Shown here piece by piece: positions 11,739-26,219 of a stretch of DNA of 64,000 nt; position 1 is the first letter of the stretch, and the number at the start of each line of letters is the position of its first letter. The position numbers and the translations under genes were made by a program. Source of the DNA: Hypanus sabinus (taxonomy: Eukaryota); the NCBI RefSeq assembly GCF_030144855.1, contig NC_082714.1, forward strand, positions 31,682,001 through 31,746,000, in the 5' to 3' direction. Below the pieces are notes generated by a model that ran no database searches, was not told the DNA's origin, and saw only the letters and a program-made list of their open reading frames with translations.

Positions 11739-14232
11739 AGGCATGTCTATCTTTGAAATGAATTACGTTTTCATTCCAGCAGCACCCTCACTCCGGCTTC
11801 TGTTACAGGGAAAACGGAAATAAAGAGAGTCGCTTAAGAGGAGGAGGTTTCCAGACTTGACTCACTGGGCTGTCTAAGTGCATTGACATAGATTCCAAGT
11901 GTTATTGTAACTTGGCAATGGCAACGAAATGTGTTCTTCAAGGAATGCACTGGCGGGCCACTCAAGGTAACTTGGTGTGTTCTGCTTGAGTAGTTTTCCA
12001 GGTGTACCAAAGGGAGCCTGCACATTGTAAAGATAAACGGAACACACAGCTAAGTCAACACCTATAAAGAAAGGCAAAGGAGAAAACAGTGTAGGATAAA
12101 CGGACTAGAGCCATATCCTCCTCTTCAGCAGTTCTGGCTATATGGGATGAGTTGTTTCCATTCTGGTTTAGTGGGTTCTGAACTGTCTGACATGATGCAC
12201 ACTGCAATGTTGGAACCCAAGTGTGGAGTAAAGACTGATTCCAAAGTACACACAGCAACTGGAGTTCATTCATAAGAATTCCAACAGAATGTTGGTTGCT
12301 CGGCCAAGTGACAAAGGCGTGACGTTCTCAAAACGAGGACCCCACGATCTGCACCTATTGGGTGTCTGCTTAAATAATACAAGTAACATGGAATCCCTGT
12401 GCCTATCAAAATAAATTTAACAAGCTTAAACAGAAGGCACCAGGAGAACGCATTGCAAAGAGCAAGTCACTTGAGAGAAAAAAAATCAAGGAATTCTAAA
12501 GGGTTATAATCCTCATTAATCAACAACTAACCAATTCAGGTTCTCTGAAAACCTTGGAGCCCAGTGGTCTCTGGCTTTCTGCACAAGCCCAAAGAGCTCA
12601 TTACAAGACCACTGTGTGAACAGGATACTGTTCCATTATTGATTCGGGAGGTGGTAGGCGAGTGGGTGCACTCCTTGCACCATGCAAAGCTTCTGTCTGC
12701 TTCAGATGTCTGGAGTTCTCAATTCCAGTCCAGATCTGCTTTCTCCATTTTAGGCAACATGGGCTAGGTGTCAAGAAATGAATAGAACAGCTAGCAAAGA
12801 AATGAATTGGAGCATTTTCAAATGTATATTTATTTGTCGTACAGAAGAACGCTATTTACCCCTTGAATCTAAGCCAGGTCACAGAGCAATGCTATTCCTT
12901 TATTTCCATGAAATTTATTGTCTCATGTACTGTGTTCCCATTAAATCCCACCAATTCCCTTGCAACATATCTACATGAGGTAATTTACCAACAGGGATGT
13001 GGGGGGAGGGGGGTTGAATTTGAACGTCTGAGGAGAACCCATGTGATCCAAGGACGAAATGAAAACTTCATCCTGGAATGGTCGGTTACAGCCGAATCGA
13101 GGCGGTCCAGGCCCCAGAGCATATTAAGATAATTAAACCCAATGTTTGGACATGGATTTAGGCACTGGGCCAGCGTGAAGAGGGAGACTGGAGCTGACAG
13201 TAGCACCACGTTCTGCACCACCGGCCAGTCCTCAGATAAATGTTGAGGAAGCGTTTTTATGGCAAAAAAAAAACCTCACAGTAACAAACCTGCAATCAAG
13301 TGTAGGATGGAATGTTTTTCATCTTGGCCAAAATTGGGTTTTGTTTTGTGTCTTGGACAAAGCCAATTGTGGATGGAAAAACTTCCAACAAAATACTTTA
13401 ACTAGACATTAAACTGAATTGAAAATACATTTGTGAAAGGAATTGTACACATATCATTGGTATTTACTTAAATATCCAGACTTCCTCTCAGTCCCTCTGC
13501 TATTGCCATTATACTGCTTCATATGATGGCCAAGAAAAATAGTTAATGGGCACACGAGTGTCCTAGCAGGAATAATAACAGAGCTCTGGCTAGGACTGGA
13601 CAAAAGGTGGAGTGGAGGTTTTGAAATCTAATGATAATAATACAAACCTATCAATAGAGTGGTAAATATTATTCATTAACTTCCAACACCAACTGATACC
13701 ACTATCAATTGTTCCATTTAATTTCTCCTAAATTCCATCCCACTCATAGACTTTCCCTTTTGTTCTTGCCACCACTCCCATCTTATCTCTAATTTAAAGA
13801 TGCTTTTATGTCTGATTTTTCCCAGTCTTCTGAAAGACAATAGGCTTCTGTGTGAATTCTGATTGTCTCTCCACTGTTGCTCGACTTGCTAAGCATATAA
13901 CTTAATAATAATTAAGAGAGATTTTGACAATTGTAAATAAGATGGGAAGCAGAGGAAGTGAAAAATAAGTGAATACTTTTTTCATGCATCCACTATACTT
14001 TTCTGAAAGAGCAGGAGAAGCCCAAGTAGGAGATGGAATTGAGGGTGGGGAGTGCAATGCATAATATATCTAGTACAGGGAAACAAACATGCAGAAAAAA
14101 GGAAGCAAGCATCAAACTATGTCTAGAAATAGAGAGTACAATATTTTATGAGACAAAATAATGATTCTCAAATTTTGAGAGAATGGGAAATGAAGTTGCA
14201 CAGGTTGGTTGTTTTCGACCATGGATATTATG

Positions 14233-16905
14233 GAAACATAGAAATCTACAGCACATTACAAGCCCTTTGGCCCACAAATTTGTGTCAACCATGTAACCTA
14301 CTCTAGAAACAGCCTAGAATTTCCCTACCGCATAGCCCTCTATTTTTCTAATCTCCCTGTACCTATCTAAGAGGCTCTTAAAAGACCCTAATGTATCCAC
14401 TTCCACCAATATCACTGGCAGTGGCAGTGGGTGGCACACACACCCACTACTCTCTGTGTGAAAAACTTACCTCTGACATCCCGCTCGTACCTACTTCCAA
14501 GCACCATAAAACTATGCCCCTCGTGTTAGTCATTTGAGCCCTGGAAAAAAGCTTCTGGCTATCGACATGATCAATGCCCCCATCATCTTATACACCTCTC
14601 TCATGTCACCTCTCATCGTCAGTCGCTCCAAGAAGAAAAGACAAAGTTCACTTTACCTGTTTTCATAAGGTAAGCTGTCTAATCTAGGCCCAATCCTTGT
14701 AAATCTCCTCTGCACTCTCTCGATAATATCCACATCCTTCCTGTAGAGAGGTGATCAGAACTGATCACAGTACTTCAAGTGGGGTCTGACCACTGTCTTA
14801 TATAGTTTAACATTGCCTCTTGGCTCTTGAACTCAATCCCACAGTTGATGAAGGCCATCACACCACACGCCTTCTTAACAACACTATCACCCTGTGCGGT
14901 ATCTTTGAGTGCCTTATGGACACGGACCCCAAGATCTTGCTGAACCTCCCCACTGCCAAGAGTCTTACCATTAATATTATATTCTGTCTTAAAATTTGAC
15001 CTATCACAATGAACCACTTCACACTTATCTGGGTTAAACTCCATCTGCCACTTCTCAACCCAGTTCTGCAACCTATCGATGTTCTGCTGTAACTTTTGAC
15101 AATCCTGCAGACTATCAACAACACTCCCAACCTTTGTGTCATCAGCAAAATTACTAACCCACCCTTCTACTTCCTCATCTAGGTCATTTATAAAAATCAC
15201 AAAGAGGAGGGATCCCAGAACAGACCCCTGCAGAACACCACTGGTCACCATCCTCCATGCAGAATACGAACCGTCTACAACCACCCTTTGCCTTCTGTAG
15301 GCAAGCCAATTCTGGATCCACAAAGCAAGGTCTCCTTGGATCCCATGCCTCAATACTTCTTAAAGGAGCCTTGCATGAGCCTTATCAACTGTCGTACTGA
15401 AATCCATATACACTACATCCACTACTCTACTTACGTCAACGTGTTTTGTTACCTCCTCAAAAAATTCAATTAGGCTCATAAGACACGGTCTGCCCTTGAC
15501 AAAGCCATACACTGTAATTTAGAAGGATGAGAGTGGATCTGATTGAAACATATAAGATGATTAAGGGATTGGACACGCTAGAGGCAGAAAACATGTTCCC
15601 GATGTTGAGAGAGTTCAGAACCAGAGGCCACAGTTTAAGAATAAGGGGTAAGCCATTTAGAACAGAGTTCAGGAAAAACTTTTTTACCCAGAGTTGTGGA
15701 TGTATGGAATGCTCTGCTTCAGAAGGCAGTGGAGGCCAATTCTCTGGATGCTTTCAAGAAAGAGTTAGATAGAGCTCTTAAAGATAGTGAAGTGAAGGGA
15801 TATGGGGAGAAGGCAGGAACGGGGTACTGATTGTGGATGATCAGCCATGATCACATTGAATTGCGGTGCTGGCTCGAAGGGCCAAATGGCCTACTCCTGC
15901 ACCAATTGTCTATTGTCTAACAATCCCTTATCAAATTATGTCTCTCTAAATGCTCATAAGTCCTGCCTCTTAGGATCTTCTCCAACAACTTTCCCACCAC
16001 TAACTTAACACTCAATGGTCTGTAATTTCCTGGGTTATCTCTACTCCCTTTCTTGAAGAAGGTAACAACACTTCCAACCTTCCAATCCTCTGGTACTTCT
16101 CCTATCCCTATTGATGATGCAAAGATCATCACCAAAGTCTCAGTAATCTCCTCCCTCGCTTCCCACGGTAGCCTGGGGTATAACTTGTCTGGTCCTGGTG
16201 TCTTATCTAACATAATACCTTTCAACAGCTCCAGTACATCCTCATTCTATACGCTCAAGTGTTCAAGTCCGTTGTAAGTCACCTCCACAATTGCCAAGGT
16301 CCTTTTCACTGGTGAATACAGAAGCTAAGTATTTATTAAGTACCTCTGCTACTTCCTCCAGCTCCATGCACATATTTCCACTATTGCACTTTGGTTCATC
16401 CTATTCTCTCACAGCTAAACCTCTTGCTCTTCATGTACTTGTAGAATACCTTGGAGGTTTCCCTTAATCCTTAATCCTTCTCACAAGGCCTTCTCATGGC
16501 CCCTTCCAGATCTCCTCATTTCATTCTCGAGCTCCTTCCTGGCACCCTTGTAATTTTCTAGAGCTCTAACAGTACTTAGTTTCTTGAACCTTTTGTAAGC
16601 TTTTCTTCTTAACTAGATTTTCCACATACTTTGAACACCATGGTTCTTTTACCCTAGCATTCTTTCCCTGCCTCAATGGAACATACTTATGCAGAATGCC
16701 ATGCAAATGTTCCCTGCAAACATTTGCCACAGTTCTGCTGTGCATTTCCTTGAGAACGTCTGATCCCAATTTATGTTCCCAAGTTTCTGCTTAATAGCAT
16801 CATATTTTCCCCTACCCCAATTAAATGTTTCCCAAATTGTCAGCTCCTAACCCTCTCCAGGGCTATGGTAAAGGAGATGGAGTTGTGATTACTACTCCAA
16901 AATGC
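14233..16905 (-). mobile_element. CR1/HER1-like LINE ORF2, 5'-truncated, with nested insert
   Basis: ORFs 14775-15353 (GVLQGSVLG, FADD, WQMEFNPDKC) and 15917-16225 (PGPD, VPEDWK, GNYRP); CR1-type tail at ~14233. Confidence 0.9.
15510..15917 (+). mobile_element. CR1 LINE 3' end nested in opposite orientation
   Basis: MRVDLIETYK...TRGHSLRIRGKPFRTE..KNFFTQ; (TCTATTG)n tail; host CR1 resumes on both sides. Confidence 0.85.
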
Positions 16906-17004
16906 ATGTTGCGACCCAGCTGTTTAATGTTTAGTTGATAAGCAAGTTGGGGCAGTATGATATGGAGTGCAAGTTGTTGCCCTTTCAGCAGGCACCCCCT
17001 CTCC

Positions 17005-17650
17005 ATAGAAACATAGAAAACCTACAGCACAATACAGGCCCATCAGCCCACAAAGTTGTGCTGAACATGTCCCTACATTAGAAATTACTAGGCTTACCCA
17101 TAGCCTTCTATTTTTCTAACCGCCATGTACCTATCCAAAAGTGTCTTAAAAGACCTTATTGTATCCGCCTCCACCACCATTGCTGGCAGCTCATTCCATG
17201 CACTCACCACTCTTCACATAAAAAACTTACCCCCGATATCTCCTCTGTTCCTACCCCCCCCCCCCCCCAGCACCTTAAACCTTGTGCCCTCTTGTGGCAA
17301 CCATTTAAGCCCTGGGAAAAAGCCTCTGACTATCCACACGATCAATGCCTCTCATCATCTTATACACCTCTATCAGGTCACCTCTCATCCTCCATCGCTC
17401 CAAGGAGAAAAGGCCAAGTTCACTCAAACTATTCTCATAAGGCATGCTCCGCAATCCAGGCAACATCCTTGTAAATCTCCTCTGCACCCTTTCTATGGCT
17501 TCCACATCCTTCCTGTAGTGAGGCAACCAGAACTGAACACAGTACTCCAAGTGGGGTCTGACCAGGGTCCTATATAGCTGCAACATTACCTCTCAGCTCC
17601 TAAATTCAGTTCCACAATTGATGAAGGCCAATACGCCGTGCGCGTTCTTA
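17005..17650 (-). mobile_element. CR1 LINE 3' fragment (relatively young)
   Basis: ORF 17305-17586 LYRTLVRPHLEYCVQFWLPHYRKD...RMRGDLIEVYK; (TTTCTATG)n tail. Confidence 0.9.
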
Positions 17651-17844
17651 ATCCTGAGCCACAAAGTTATTGTAGATAATGTTACCAAAGTGCTAAATTT
17701 AAATTAAAAGAAGAGTAAATGTGATAAAGAGGCTGATTTAAGCATCATGACCCATGTAATCCTTTCCTTTCCTCCATTTTGTGGCCAAAGGTTGGGCACA
17801 GAAAGAGTTGGTAGATTGAATGGAGCTTGAAAGGATAGTGAGTT

Positions 17845-19330
17845 CACTAAGGTCTTTAACCTTTCACTTCAGCAGTGTGTGGTACCCACCTGCTTCAAGC
17901 AGACTTCAGTTATACCAGTGCCCAAGAAGAGTGTGGTAACCTATCACAATGACTACCACCCAGTTGCACTTCCATCTACAGTAACAAAGTGTTTTGAGAG
18001 GTTGGTGATGAAACATGTCCACTCCTGCCTGAGAGGCGACTTAGATTCGCTCCAGGTTGCCTATCAGAGCAACAGATACACAGCAGATACCATCCCATTG
18101 GCTCTTCAATCAACCCTGGAACATCAGAACAGCAACGATGCATAAATCAGCATGCTTGTTATCAACTACAACTCAACATTCAATGCCATCATCCTCTCAA
18201 AACTAATCAATAAGCTCCAAAACTTTGTCCTCAATACCTCCTTGTACAACTAGATCCTGGATTTCCTCACTTGTAGAAACCAGTCAATTCGGATTGGCAA
18301 CAACATCTTCTCCATGATCCCCATCAGCACAGCTGTACCATAGGGCTGTGTGCTTAGCCCCTGCTCTACTCACATTACACCTAAGCCTGAGTGGCTAAGT
18401 ACAGCTCTAATACCTTACTCAAGTTTGATGATGACACCACTGTTGTGGGCTGAATCAAAGGTGGTGATCAATCAGCTTATAGGAGGGAGGTTGAAAATTT
18501 GGTTGAGTGGCGTCATAACAACAACCTCTCACTCAATGTCAACAAGACCAAGGAACTGATTATAGACTTCACGAGAGGGAGACCGGAGGTTTATGAGCCA
18601 GTCCTCTTCTGAGGATCAGAGATGGAGAGGGTTAGCAGCTTCAAATTTCTCGGTGTTACTATTTCCAAAGATCTGTATCCATCATATAAATATAATTGCA
18701 AGAAAGCACAGCAGCACTTCTACTTCCTAAGGAGTTTGTCGAGATTCGGTATGACATTTAAAACTTTGACAACCTTCTATAGATGTACATATAGTGTAGA
18801 GTATATTGACTGGTTGCATCATGACCTGGTATGGGAACACCAATGCATTTGAATGGAAAATCCTACTAAAGGTAGGATTCAGCCCAGTACATCACGGTAA
18901 ATCTCCCAACCATTGAGTACATCTACATGAAATGCTGTCGAAGGAAAATAGCATCCATCAGCGAAGATTCCCACCACCCGGGTCATGCTCTCTTCTCACT
19001 GCTTCCATCAGATAGAAGGTACAAAAAGTTTAGGACTTGCACCACCAGGTTCAAGAACAGTTACTACCCCTCAACCATTGGGCTCTTGAATAAAGGGGAT
19101 ACCTATAATCACTTGCCCCATCACAGAAATGTTCCCACAACCAATGATCTCACTTTAAGGACTCTTCATCTCATGTTCCCGTTATTTATTTTTGCATTTG
19201 CACAGTTTGTTGTTTTCTGCACTCTATTGATCCTGTTAACATATTCTGCAAATTTGCTGAGTATGCCCACAAGAAAATGAGTATCAAGACTGCATATGGT
19301 GACATATATGTACTTTGATAATAAAATTTA
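17845..19330 (+). mobile_element. Rex1/Babar LINE, RT and 3' UTR
   Basis: VPTCFKQTSVIPVPKK, ERVSSFKFLGV, LLPSDRRY...TTRFKNSYYP; 3' AATAAA and tail near 19320. Confidence 0.88.
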
Positions 19331-21114
19331 CATTGATCTTTGTAAGGAAAATTCTTCTATATCTGTAATTTCATAAAACCACACTTTTGGACAAGTTTTA
19401 ACTTCTTCCAAACTTTACACAATTGATGAAGTTAAATGTAATAAATTCATCAACATTGAACACAGAATTTACTTGGATGACTTAAGATGTACATATGCAT
19501 TTAAGTTGCTGTCCATGCCAATATTATTTCAATAATTTCTTCATTATTCCTGTTCAAACTTTTGAAGTTAATGTCTGTAGAATATTTGACAATGGTACCA
19601 TCACAGGAAAACAAAATGGCAAGCAGAAAATGCTGAAACTACTCTGCAGATGAATACTATTTGTGGAGGGAAAGAAAATAATCAGTGACGTTTCATTAGA
19701 ACCCAAGCATTCAGTTTAACCATGCCACAAACTTTTCAAAGGTAACATCTGTGCTGTGGATGAATTAGAAAGACAAATTATTAATATGTAATTTATTTTT
19801 AATCACTTGTTTGTTTCAGTAGAAATGCAAATTAATAAAATCTGCTTCGTATATAATAACATGGAAATTGTATAAGTGCTGAAGTTTTAAATATATTATG
19901 CTGAAGCTTGTGTTTACTTAGACTGCAAACTCCAACAAATGTGAATAATCCACTGATGGATGACCATCTACTCACATACTCATATCAAATATTGTAAATC
20001 CAATTTGTAAAGGTGCACATTCCTATCCCATAATATAATCATTAATTTTTATAAACAAGGAAAAAATTCTTACATTCTGTAAGATTTAGTGATAATCACA
20101 TTACACTCCATTATCTTAAAATTCCTTCAAGCCTTACTGAACACAATGATTTGACTTAAAATCCCACTCAGCTTCACTCCACTGCTTACTCCCAAGCCCC
20201 ATGATCTCCAGATGTCAAGATCCCTGTCATTTTCCATAAACCCCTTGACTGTATTTCTAGTGCTCCTTAATCCCAGAACTACCCAAATGTTCCAGGCTTC
20301 AAAATCGCTAATTTACACGATATCTCTCTGGTTGATTTTAGTATCGTGAGCTCCACTCCAGCGTGCTTGGAATTCATTCTTCTAGTTTACTCTCAGAGAT
20401 CACTAGATCCCGAATCTCATAATTTGGCCCCAAATTGGGTTCTCTTCCCAGTGCTCCTACGTGGCAGAGTCATCCCTGCACCTACTTCTAATACAGACTA
20501 ATGCCATTGAATCTCATTCAGAATCCCTTACAAAAATGTAAACTTGATTATGTATTAAAGTATTATTATTCAATCAGAAAAATAAGCAGAGTTTAGTTGT
20601 GTAAAATTAACGCGGGGAGTTGAAGTCGAAATTGCTAGCAATCTTTTTTTTCCCCCAGAAAATGTATCTCATCTCATTGTTCTCAGTAAATTGGTGAGGC
20701 AAAGTATTCAATTTTTCTGCCCCTTCAGAATCATTACCTGTGGGTTTTACTTGTGCAACCTTTAGTGGACCTATACCCATACATTTTTTTGTTTTCATAA
20801 CAATAATTCACTCCTCTTCTCTCTAAATTGCCACTCCTCTTTTACGAACCGTTTACTCAAACTGTATTTCATAGTTTGCTGATTTGTCATAGAAAGTAAC
20901 AGTGGTGTTTTCAATCATACAAATCAAATGATCAGCGGCATATGTTAAAAATCCGTGTGATGCTATGTGCATACTTGAAACTGGACGGGAGCAATCAGCG
21001 AATGTATGATAGTTTCGGAGATAAAGCTCAGAGTGTGATTTTCGAAAAGACTTCCTCACCATCTGCAGGATCATCGTGGAGTTGCAGGCTGGGCAACACA
21101 AGCTGCAGTTTCAT

Positions 21115-21222
21115 CGCAGCTCGAAAGGGGGCGCTGCTTCCGCCCCGCAGCTCGAAAGGCAGAGCTGCTTCCGCCCCGCAGCTTCCGGTTTGTGTTCCCC
21201 ACTGCCCGGCAGAAAATGGCGG
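21115..21222 (+). promoter_or_regulatory. ECI1 CpG-rich core promoter: 2x31-bp tandem unit with CTCF-like, ETS and GC-box motifs; YY1 motif over the ATG
   Basis: Units 21115-21145 and 21146-21176; AGGGGGCGC, CTTCCG, CCGCCC; AAAATGGCGGC at the start codon. Confidence 0.65.
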
Positions 21223-21255
21223 CGTTGTTGAAGGCGGTTCGAGGGTTTTATTCAG
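21216..21255 (+). CDS. ECI1: Enoyl-CoA delta isomerase 1, exon 1 (start of mitochondrial transit peptide)
   Basis: aaaATGGCG in a CpG-rich patch; MAALLKAVRGFYSG; donor TCAG|GTCTGT, phase 1, compatible with exon 2. Confidence 0.8.
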
Positions 21256-21539
21256 GTCTGTGATACCGGGGTCCAGCGGGTGGCGGCCTCCGGGTGCAGG
21301 CCGGAATTAACTGGACCGGTACCAAATATTGGAGGGAAATTAGGAATTGCAAGCTCGGCCCCCGTTCTTCGCTTGCCCGGTACCAGGGCACCAGGGATTA
21401 CTTTAATGCTCTCTGCCTACCTGGCATCAGTGGACTGCCTGGTATTATTACTAGCGGCAATGAAGTGCCAGTATCCTCTCTGGTATCACCACAGTGCTCT
21501 TACCCTACCCAACATCTCCACAGTTTGTACCATACATAA

Positions 21540-21716
21540 ACGAGAAAATCTGCAGATGCTGGAAATCCAAAGCAACACACAAAACGCTGGACGAACTCGC
21601 AGGCCCGGCAACATCCATGGAAAAGAGCAAACTGTTGACGCCTCCGACCGAAACCCTTAGTCAGGACTGCTCTTTTCCATGGATGCTGCCTGGCCTGCTG
21701 AGTTCCTCCAGTGTTT
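21540..21716. mobile_element. Palindromic Penelope-derived non-autonomous element, degenerate hammerhead
   Basis: AAAATCTGCAGATGCTGG...GAAACCCTTAGTCAGGACTG followed by an inverted partial copy; same family as 42850-43084. Confidence 0.7.
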
Positions 21717-23195
21717 AATGGCAGTTTATACCATTGCGCTACCCAATGTCAGTATAACACTACACTACCTAGTACATCACAGTGTCAGTTCTCACTCCGT
21801 ACTGCATTCACCATTGCTAATCTACTGCATTCTCTATTGACACAGTGCTATCATTACTGATCACAAATTCTAAACCTAGTATAATGTTGAATGTACTAGG
21901 TCTGTGCACTTTTTTACTGCCAGTATGTGGATCATCTCCAGTAAAAACAGTAATACAGTGATTGTCAATTGCCATATCCCAATAGAAAATGATCTATATC
22001 TTTAGAAGGTATATTTTTGGCTTTGTGTCCTTTCCATGTACTGTACAATCTTTGTGCAATTGACTTCATTTCTATTCCAATTAAATGCCAAACTTTGTTC
22101 CTGTGCTACCTAACAAACTAAACCATTTAATTTATAGCAGTGTGGGTCAACTTGCTAACCTTCGGAGCAATTCAATGATAGAAGTTTGAGAGCTGCAAGG
22201 TATACATTTTTACTGCAGAGACTCCAACTTCTAGAAAGATTTTAAGCATAATCTTCCTCTATCCTAACTACTTACGATGGAATTGGAGGCCTTGTGATTC
22301 TCCAGTATGGTTGTGTTTGGGCAAGTTCTCAAATGATCTAGGGTTTCTCAGCCAAATGTTAAGGAAACTAATCTGATGAATTTCATCAAAGAATACTGTG
22401 ATTCAAGACAATATACTGTTAATTAAGGTGAGTCATATGATCCTATTCTTGTAATGAGGATACTGGTCCTGGTACTTGCTTCTAGAATTCATCCGTAGAC
22501 TCTAACATGCACATCATGTTCAGAGCTTGCACTTCTTGGAGTTCCAGTAATTCTATCTATACAGTAAATGTTTCCTTAATCATCTTTTTGAAGATAAGAC
22601 TCCTTCAATCATAATCAAGGTAGGAGAAGCAGAGTCTGAACTTCAGCAAATCTTTAAACCTGGCCTGAAAGTTCTTGCAATTTACCTTTGTATTTATTAC
22701 TTCTGTAGTTTTTTACCTGGCTTTCTGGTTGCATGTTTACTCTAGTTTGAATTGTAGAAGTGTCAAGTGATTACACCTCTGCAGATAGTTTAACTGTTAT
22801 AGAAGCTGATAGCCGTGAATAGGGACAGAATACAACTTTATTCTTGTCTTGGACAGCTAAATGGAGAGCTTAGTATCAGTAAGGAGTACCAGCTCCTAGT
22901 CCATTACTCATATTCAAGTTGCAGATAGGATTTCCTGGTTTCTTTAAGGAAAGCAATAATAGGCTCCAACATTTCCACAAAGCTATTCAAGTTAAATTTC
23001 ATACCTTTGTGGATATTTTAGTGTTGGAATTTATATTGCAATTGCCTGCTTATGGAAATTGTGATAGCTGATGCAATGATCAGAAGAAATCCTGAATGTT
23101 TGCGATGGATTTCAAGAGTTTAGTAAAATCTACATACAGCGTAACAGAAATATTAATGTAGGAAACACTTGATACTTTCCAATGATTTGTCAGCT

Positions 23196-23730
23196 AGAAT
23201 CAGAATCAGGTTTAATATCACCGGCATATGTCGTGAAATTTGTTAACTTTGCAGCAGCAGTACAATGCAATTCATGATAAATAAATTGAGATAAGTAATA
23301 CAAAAAACAGAATTTTTAAAAGAATTTGTGAGGTAGTATTCATTGATTCAATGACCGTTTAGAAATTGGATGGGAGAGGGGATGAAGCTGTCCTGAATCA
23401 CTGAGTGTGCACATTCATCTTTCTGTACCTCCTTCCTGATGTTAACAATGTGAAGAGAGCATGTCCTTGGTGGTCGGGGACCTTGATAAAGCCACTTCTC
23501 TGAGGCTCCTTGAAGATACCTTGGATACTACAGAGGCTAGTACCCATGATGGAGCTGACTAATTTTGTAGCTCTCTACCATGTACTACGATCCTGTGCAG
23601 TAGCACCCTCCCCCCCCCCCCCAAACCTGACAGTGATTCAGCCAGTGAAAATGCTCTCCATTTTTCGTTTCTAGAAGTTTTTGAGTGTTTTAGGTGACAA
23701 ACCAAATCTCCTCGAACTCCTGATGAAAAT
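23196..23730 (-). mobile_element. Rex1/Babar LINE 3' fragment
   Basis: (TCTGAT)n tail and 3' UTR similar to 6785-7320. Confidence 0.75.
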
Positions 23731-25224
23731 ATAGGCACTTATAGTCTTTACATAAGCACCATGATTGCTTATTTTATCGCCACTATATCCAACATTTTTC
23801 TTTTATCCAGAAACAATGACAAATATTTTTGTAATTTGTTTTCTTTGTGGCTTCATCGAGCAAGGCTGATTACTTCAAATTGCCTTGCATTCTGTTCTGA
23901 ATATTAGCACCAACCTGGGAGATCAAGAACACTGTTTCTCTGTAATGAGGACAAAATTGATGTTTGATTTATTAGTTATAGAAATGTTGTGTTGTCTTCA
24001 TCTAAAATTAAAATAAGATTTTAAATATTTCCTTAGCGAGGTTTCCATTCAAAATGGACAATTATTATGCTATTTAATGCAATAATTTTTAAATCATACA
24101 GGGTAATCACCTTATATTCATACAAGGTAACCATAGGTGACAACTTGTGTTTGATTTTAAAGTGACAAATGAAGTTGCTCTGTTTGTACTGACTGAGTAA
24201 TGATATGTAGATAACTCACATTTAATCAGTACTAGTTTAAAACTTATGGCTGTTTCTTAATAACTTGATTTCATATAAGATGATGATTTAATTCATTATC
24301 TGCAGTTGATATAAGTGTTTTGAAAGCCACATATGGTATTTTTAAAGAAAAGGTAGTGAAAATAATGGCTCATTACAGTGCAAATCTGAAGGAAGCTGCC
24401 ACTTGCATGCAAGACCATGCCATTCTGTGTCCTACCACTGAATTCCATATGGAATCAGAGAATAAGTGCTAAGATGCCTCTGCATCATCCAACGTACTGT
24501 AGGATAGAAATCCTCATTTGTCATTTTAAATACTAATGAATGTTTATTAGTGTATTTAAATATTTATTCATGCTATAATGTGTTTTAATAACTTGAATAC
24601 TTTTATATATAAACAAATAATGTATTTATTGTTTCTTAATTAAAACAGTTTATTTGTTTCACATGCGTCTGACTAGCAGAGCTGTTTAAGCCTTCACAGA
24701 ACCCCTCAGACTGACAAGGGAACATTGCTCTGTCAAAGGCTGCCAGAATATTCAGAGGGCAATCATCTGTGATAGGTTGTGTGGGATGTAATTGTGCCCT
24801 GTCACCTGACTCTGAAATTGAAAGTCCCAAGACAACATGACCTGGCATGCACAAACACTTAAACGTAGGGGTGGGGACTGAGTCAGAGCAGTGGGCTGAA
24901 TCATTTGCAGTTCAGCCAAGAAAATCTGCCTGATTGATAGTTATTGCAAGCAAGGTTGTTTATGGCTGAGATAAAAATTCAAAAATAGTTTGACCCTTTT
25001 TTCAGCTTTCTCAGTTAAACAAAAAAAGTCAAGTCCAACATAAGCTCCTGCGTTTAATAAGACACTTAGTTCCACTGCCTAATGCAGTCTCTTATCTTCT
25101 GAGATTTAGTACTTTGTGAACTTGCTGAACATTTTCTATTTTGTGTATTAATGGTGTACTGGTCCACTTCTATTTGGATTCTCTCCTCTTTAATTGCTCT
25201 TCCTCTAACAGGCTATTCTACTCA

Positions 25225-25545
25225 ATACACACAAAGTGCTGGAGGAACTCAGCAGCTCAGGCAGCATCTATGGAGATGAAGAAACAGTTGATATTTCAGC
25301 CTAATCCCCTTCTTCAGGACTGAGAAGGAAGGGGGAAGATGCCAGACTAAAAGGTGGGCAGAGCAGAAGGAGGATAGCTGAAAGGTGAAGGGTGAAGCCA
25401 GGTGGGCAGGAAAAGTCAAGGGCTCAAGAAGAAAGAATCAGCTAGGAGAGAAGAGTGGATGATAGGAAGTGGCGACCCAGGGGATGTAATAGGTAAGCGA
25501 GAAGAAAATAAAAGGGCCAGAGTGGAGAATAGAGGGGTGGGGGGA
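25225..25545 (-). mobile_element. Penelope-like 3' terminal fragment with hammerhead motif (25285-25322)
   Basis: Minus strand reads cagtc CTGAAGA A GGGGATTAGGCT GAAA TA TC aactg; pyrimidine-rich 3' UTR as in 36398-36770. Confidence 0.7.
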
Positions 25546-25554
25546 TTTTATTTA

Positions 25555-25690
25555 CTGGTTTCTTCCCACATTGCAGTTAGTAGGTTAACTGGTCATTGTA
25601 AATTGTCCTGTGATTAGCCTAGGGTTAAATTAGGTTGGTTGCTGGGAAGGGCCTGTAGCGTGCTGTATCTCTAAATTTAAAAAAAAAATG
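25555..25690 (+). mobile_element. HE1-like V-SINE fragment
   Basis: GGTTTCTTCCCACA...TAGGTTAACTGGTCATTGTAAATTGTCC core shared with 43690-43918 and 44222-44415. Confidence 0.7.
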
Positions 25691-26219
25691 AATAGAATTT
25701 AAGTAGTTCCAAGGCAAATCGCTGGAGTCAATGTGGCTTTGTGTAAAGGGAGTGGGGCTTAATATAGCTATCCACTTATTATAGCTCTGTGAAATTATAA
25801 CTATCAGGTCAGAGAAAGCTGAATGAGGATCTGGATTTTTGAGGGGTCTTTGGTGAGGTAGCACGAGAAGATAAGAGCTCATTGCTCTGGGTACAATAGA
25901 ACAGATAGAAGATTAGACACCCATTCACACTGAGAAGGGTAGGATAACTGAGTCATCTCATACTGATGAGCCATGATTAGTGAAGTCTCAATTTATTCCT
26001 GTCACAATGATCTTTAGGAAAGCAAGTTGTAGGAAAATGATGCAACATGTCTGCAAAGGGATATAGATAGATCAATTGAGTGATCAAAACTATGGCTGAT
26101 GAGGTATGTGATATTATTCATTTTCAAAGTTAAAATGGAGAAGTAGAATACTGTTTAAATGGACGGACTACTGAATGCTGCTGCATAGAGAGATCTGTGT
26201 ATCATGAAACACTTTCCAA

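Noticed and set aside
20942-21660. 122-aa and 126-aa ORFs as novel genes
   Set aside because: GC-rich promoter and repeat sequence; the true ECI1 exon 1 is in another frame
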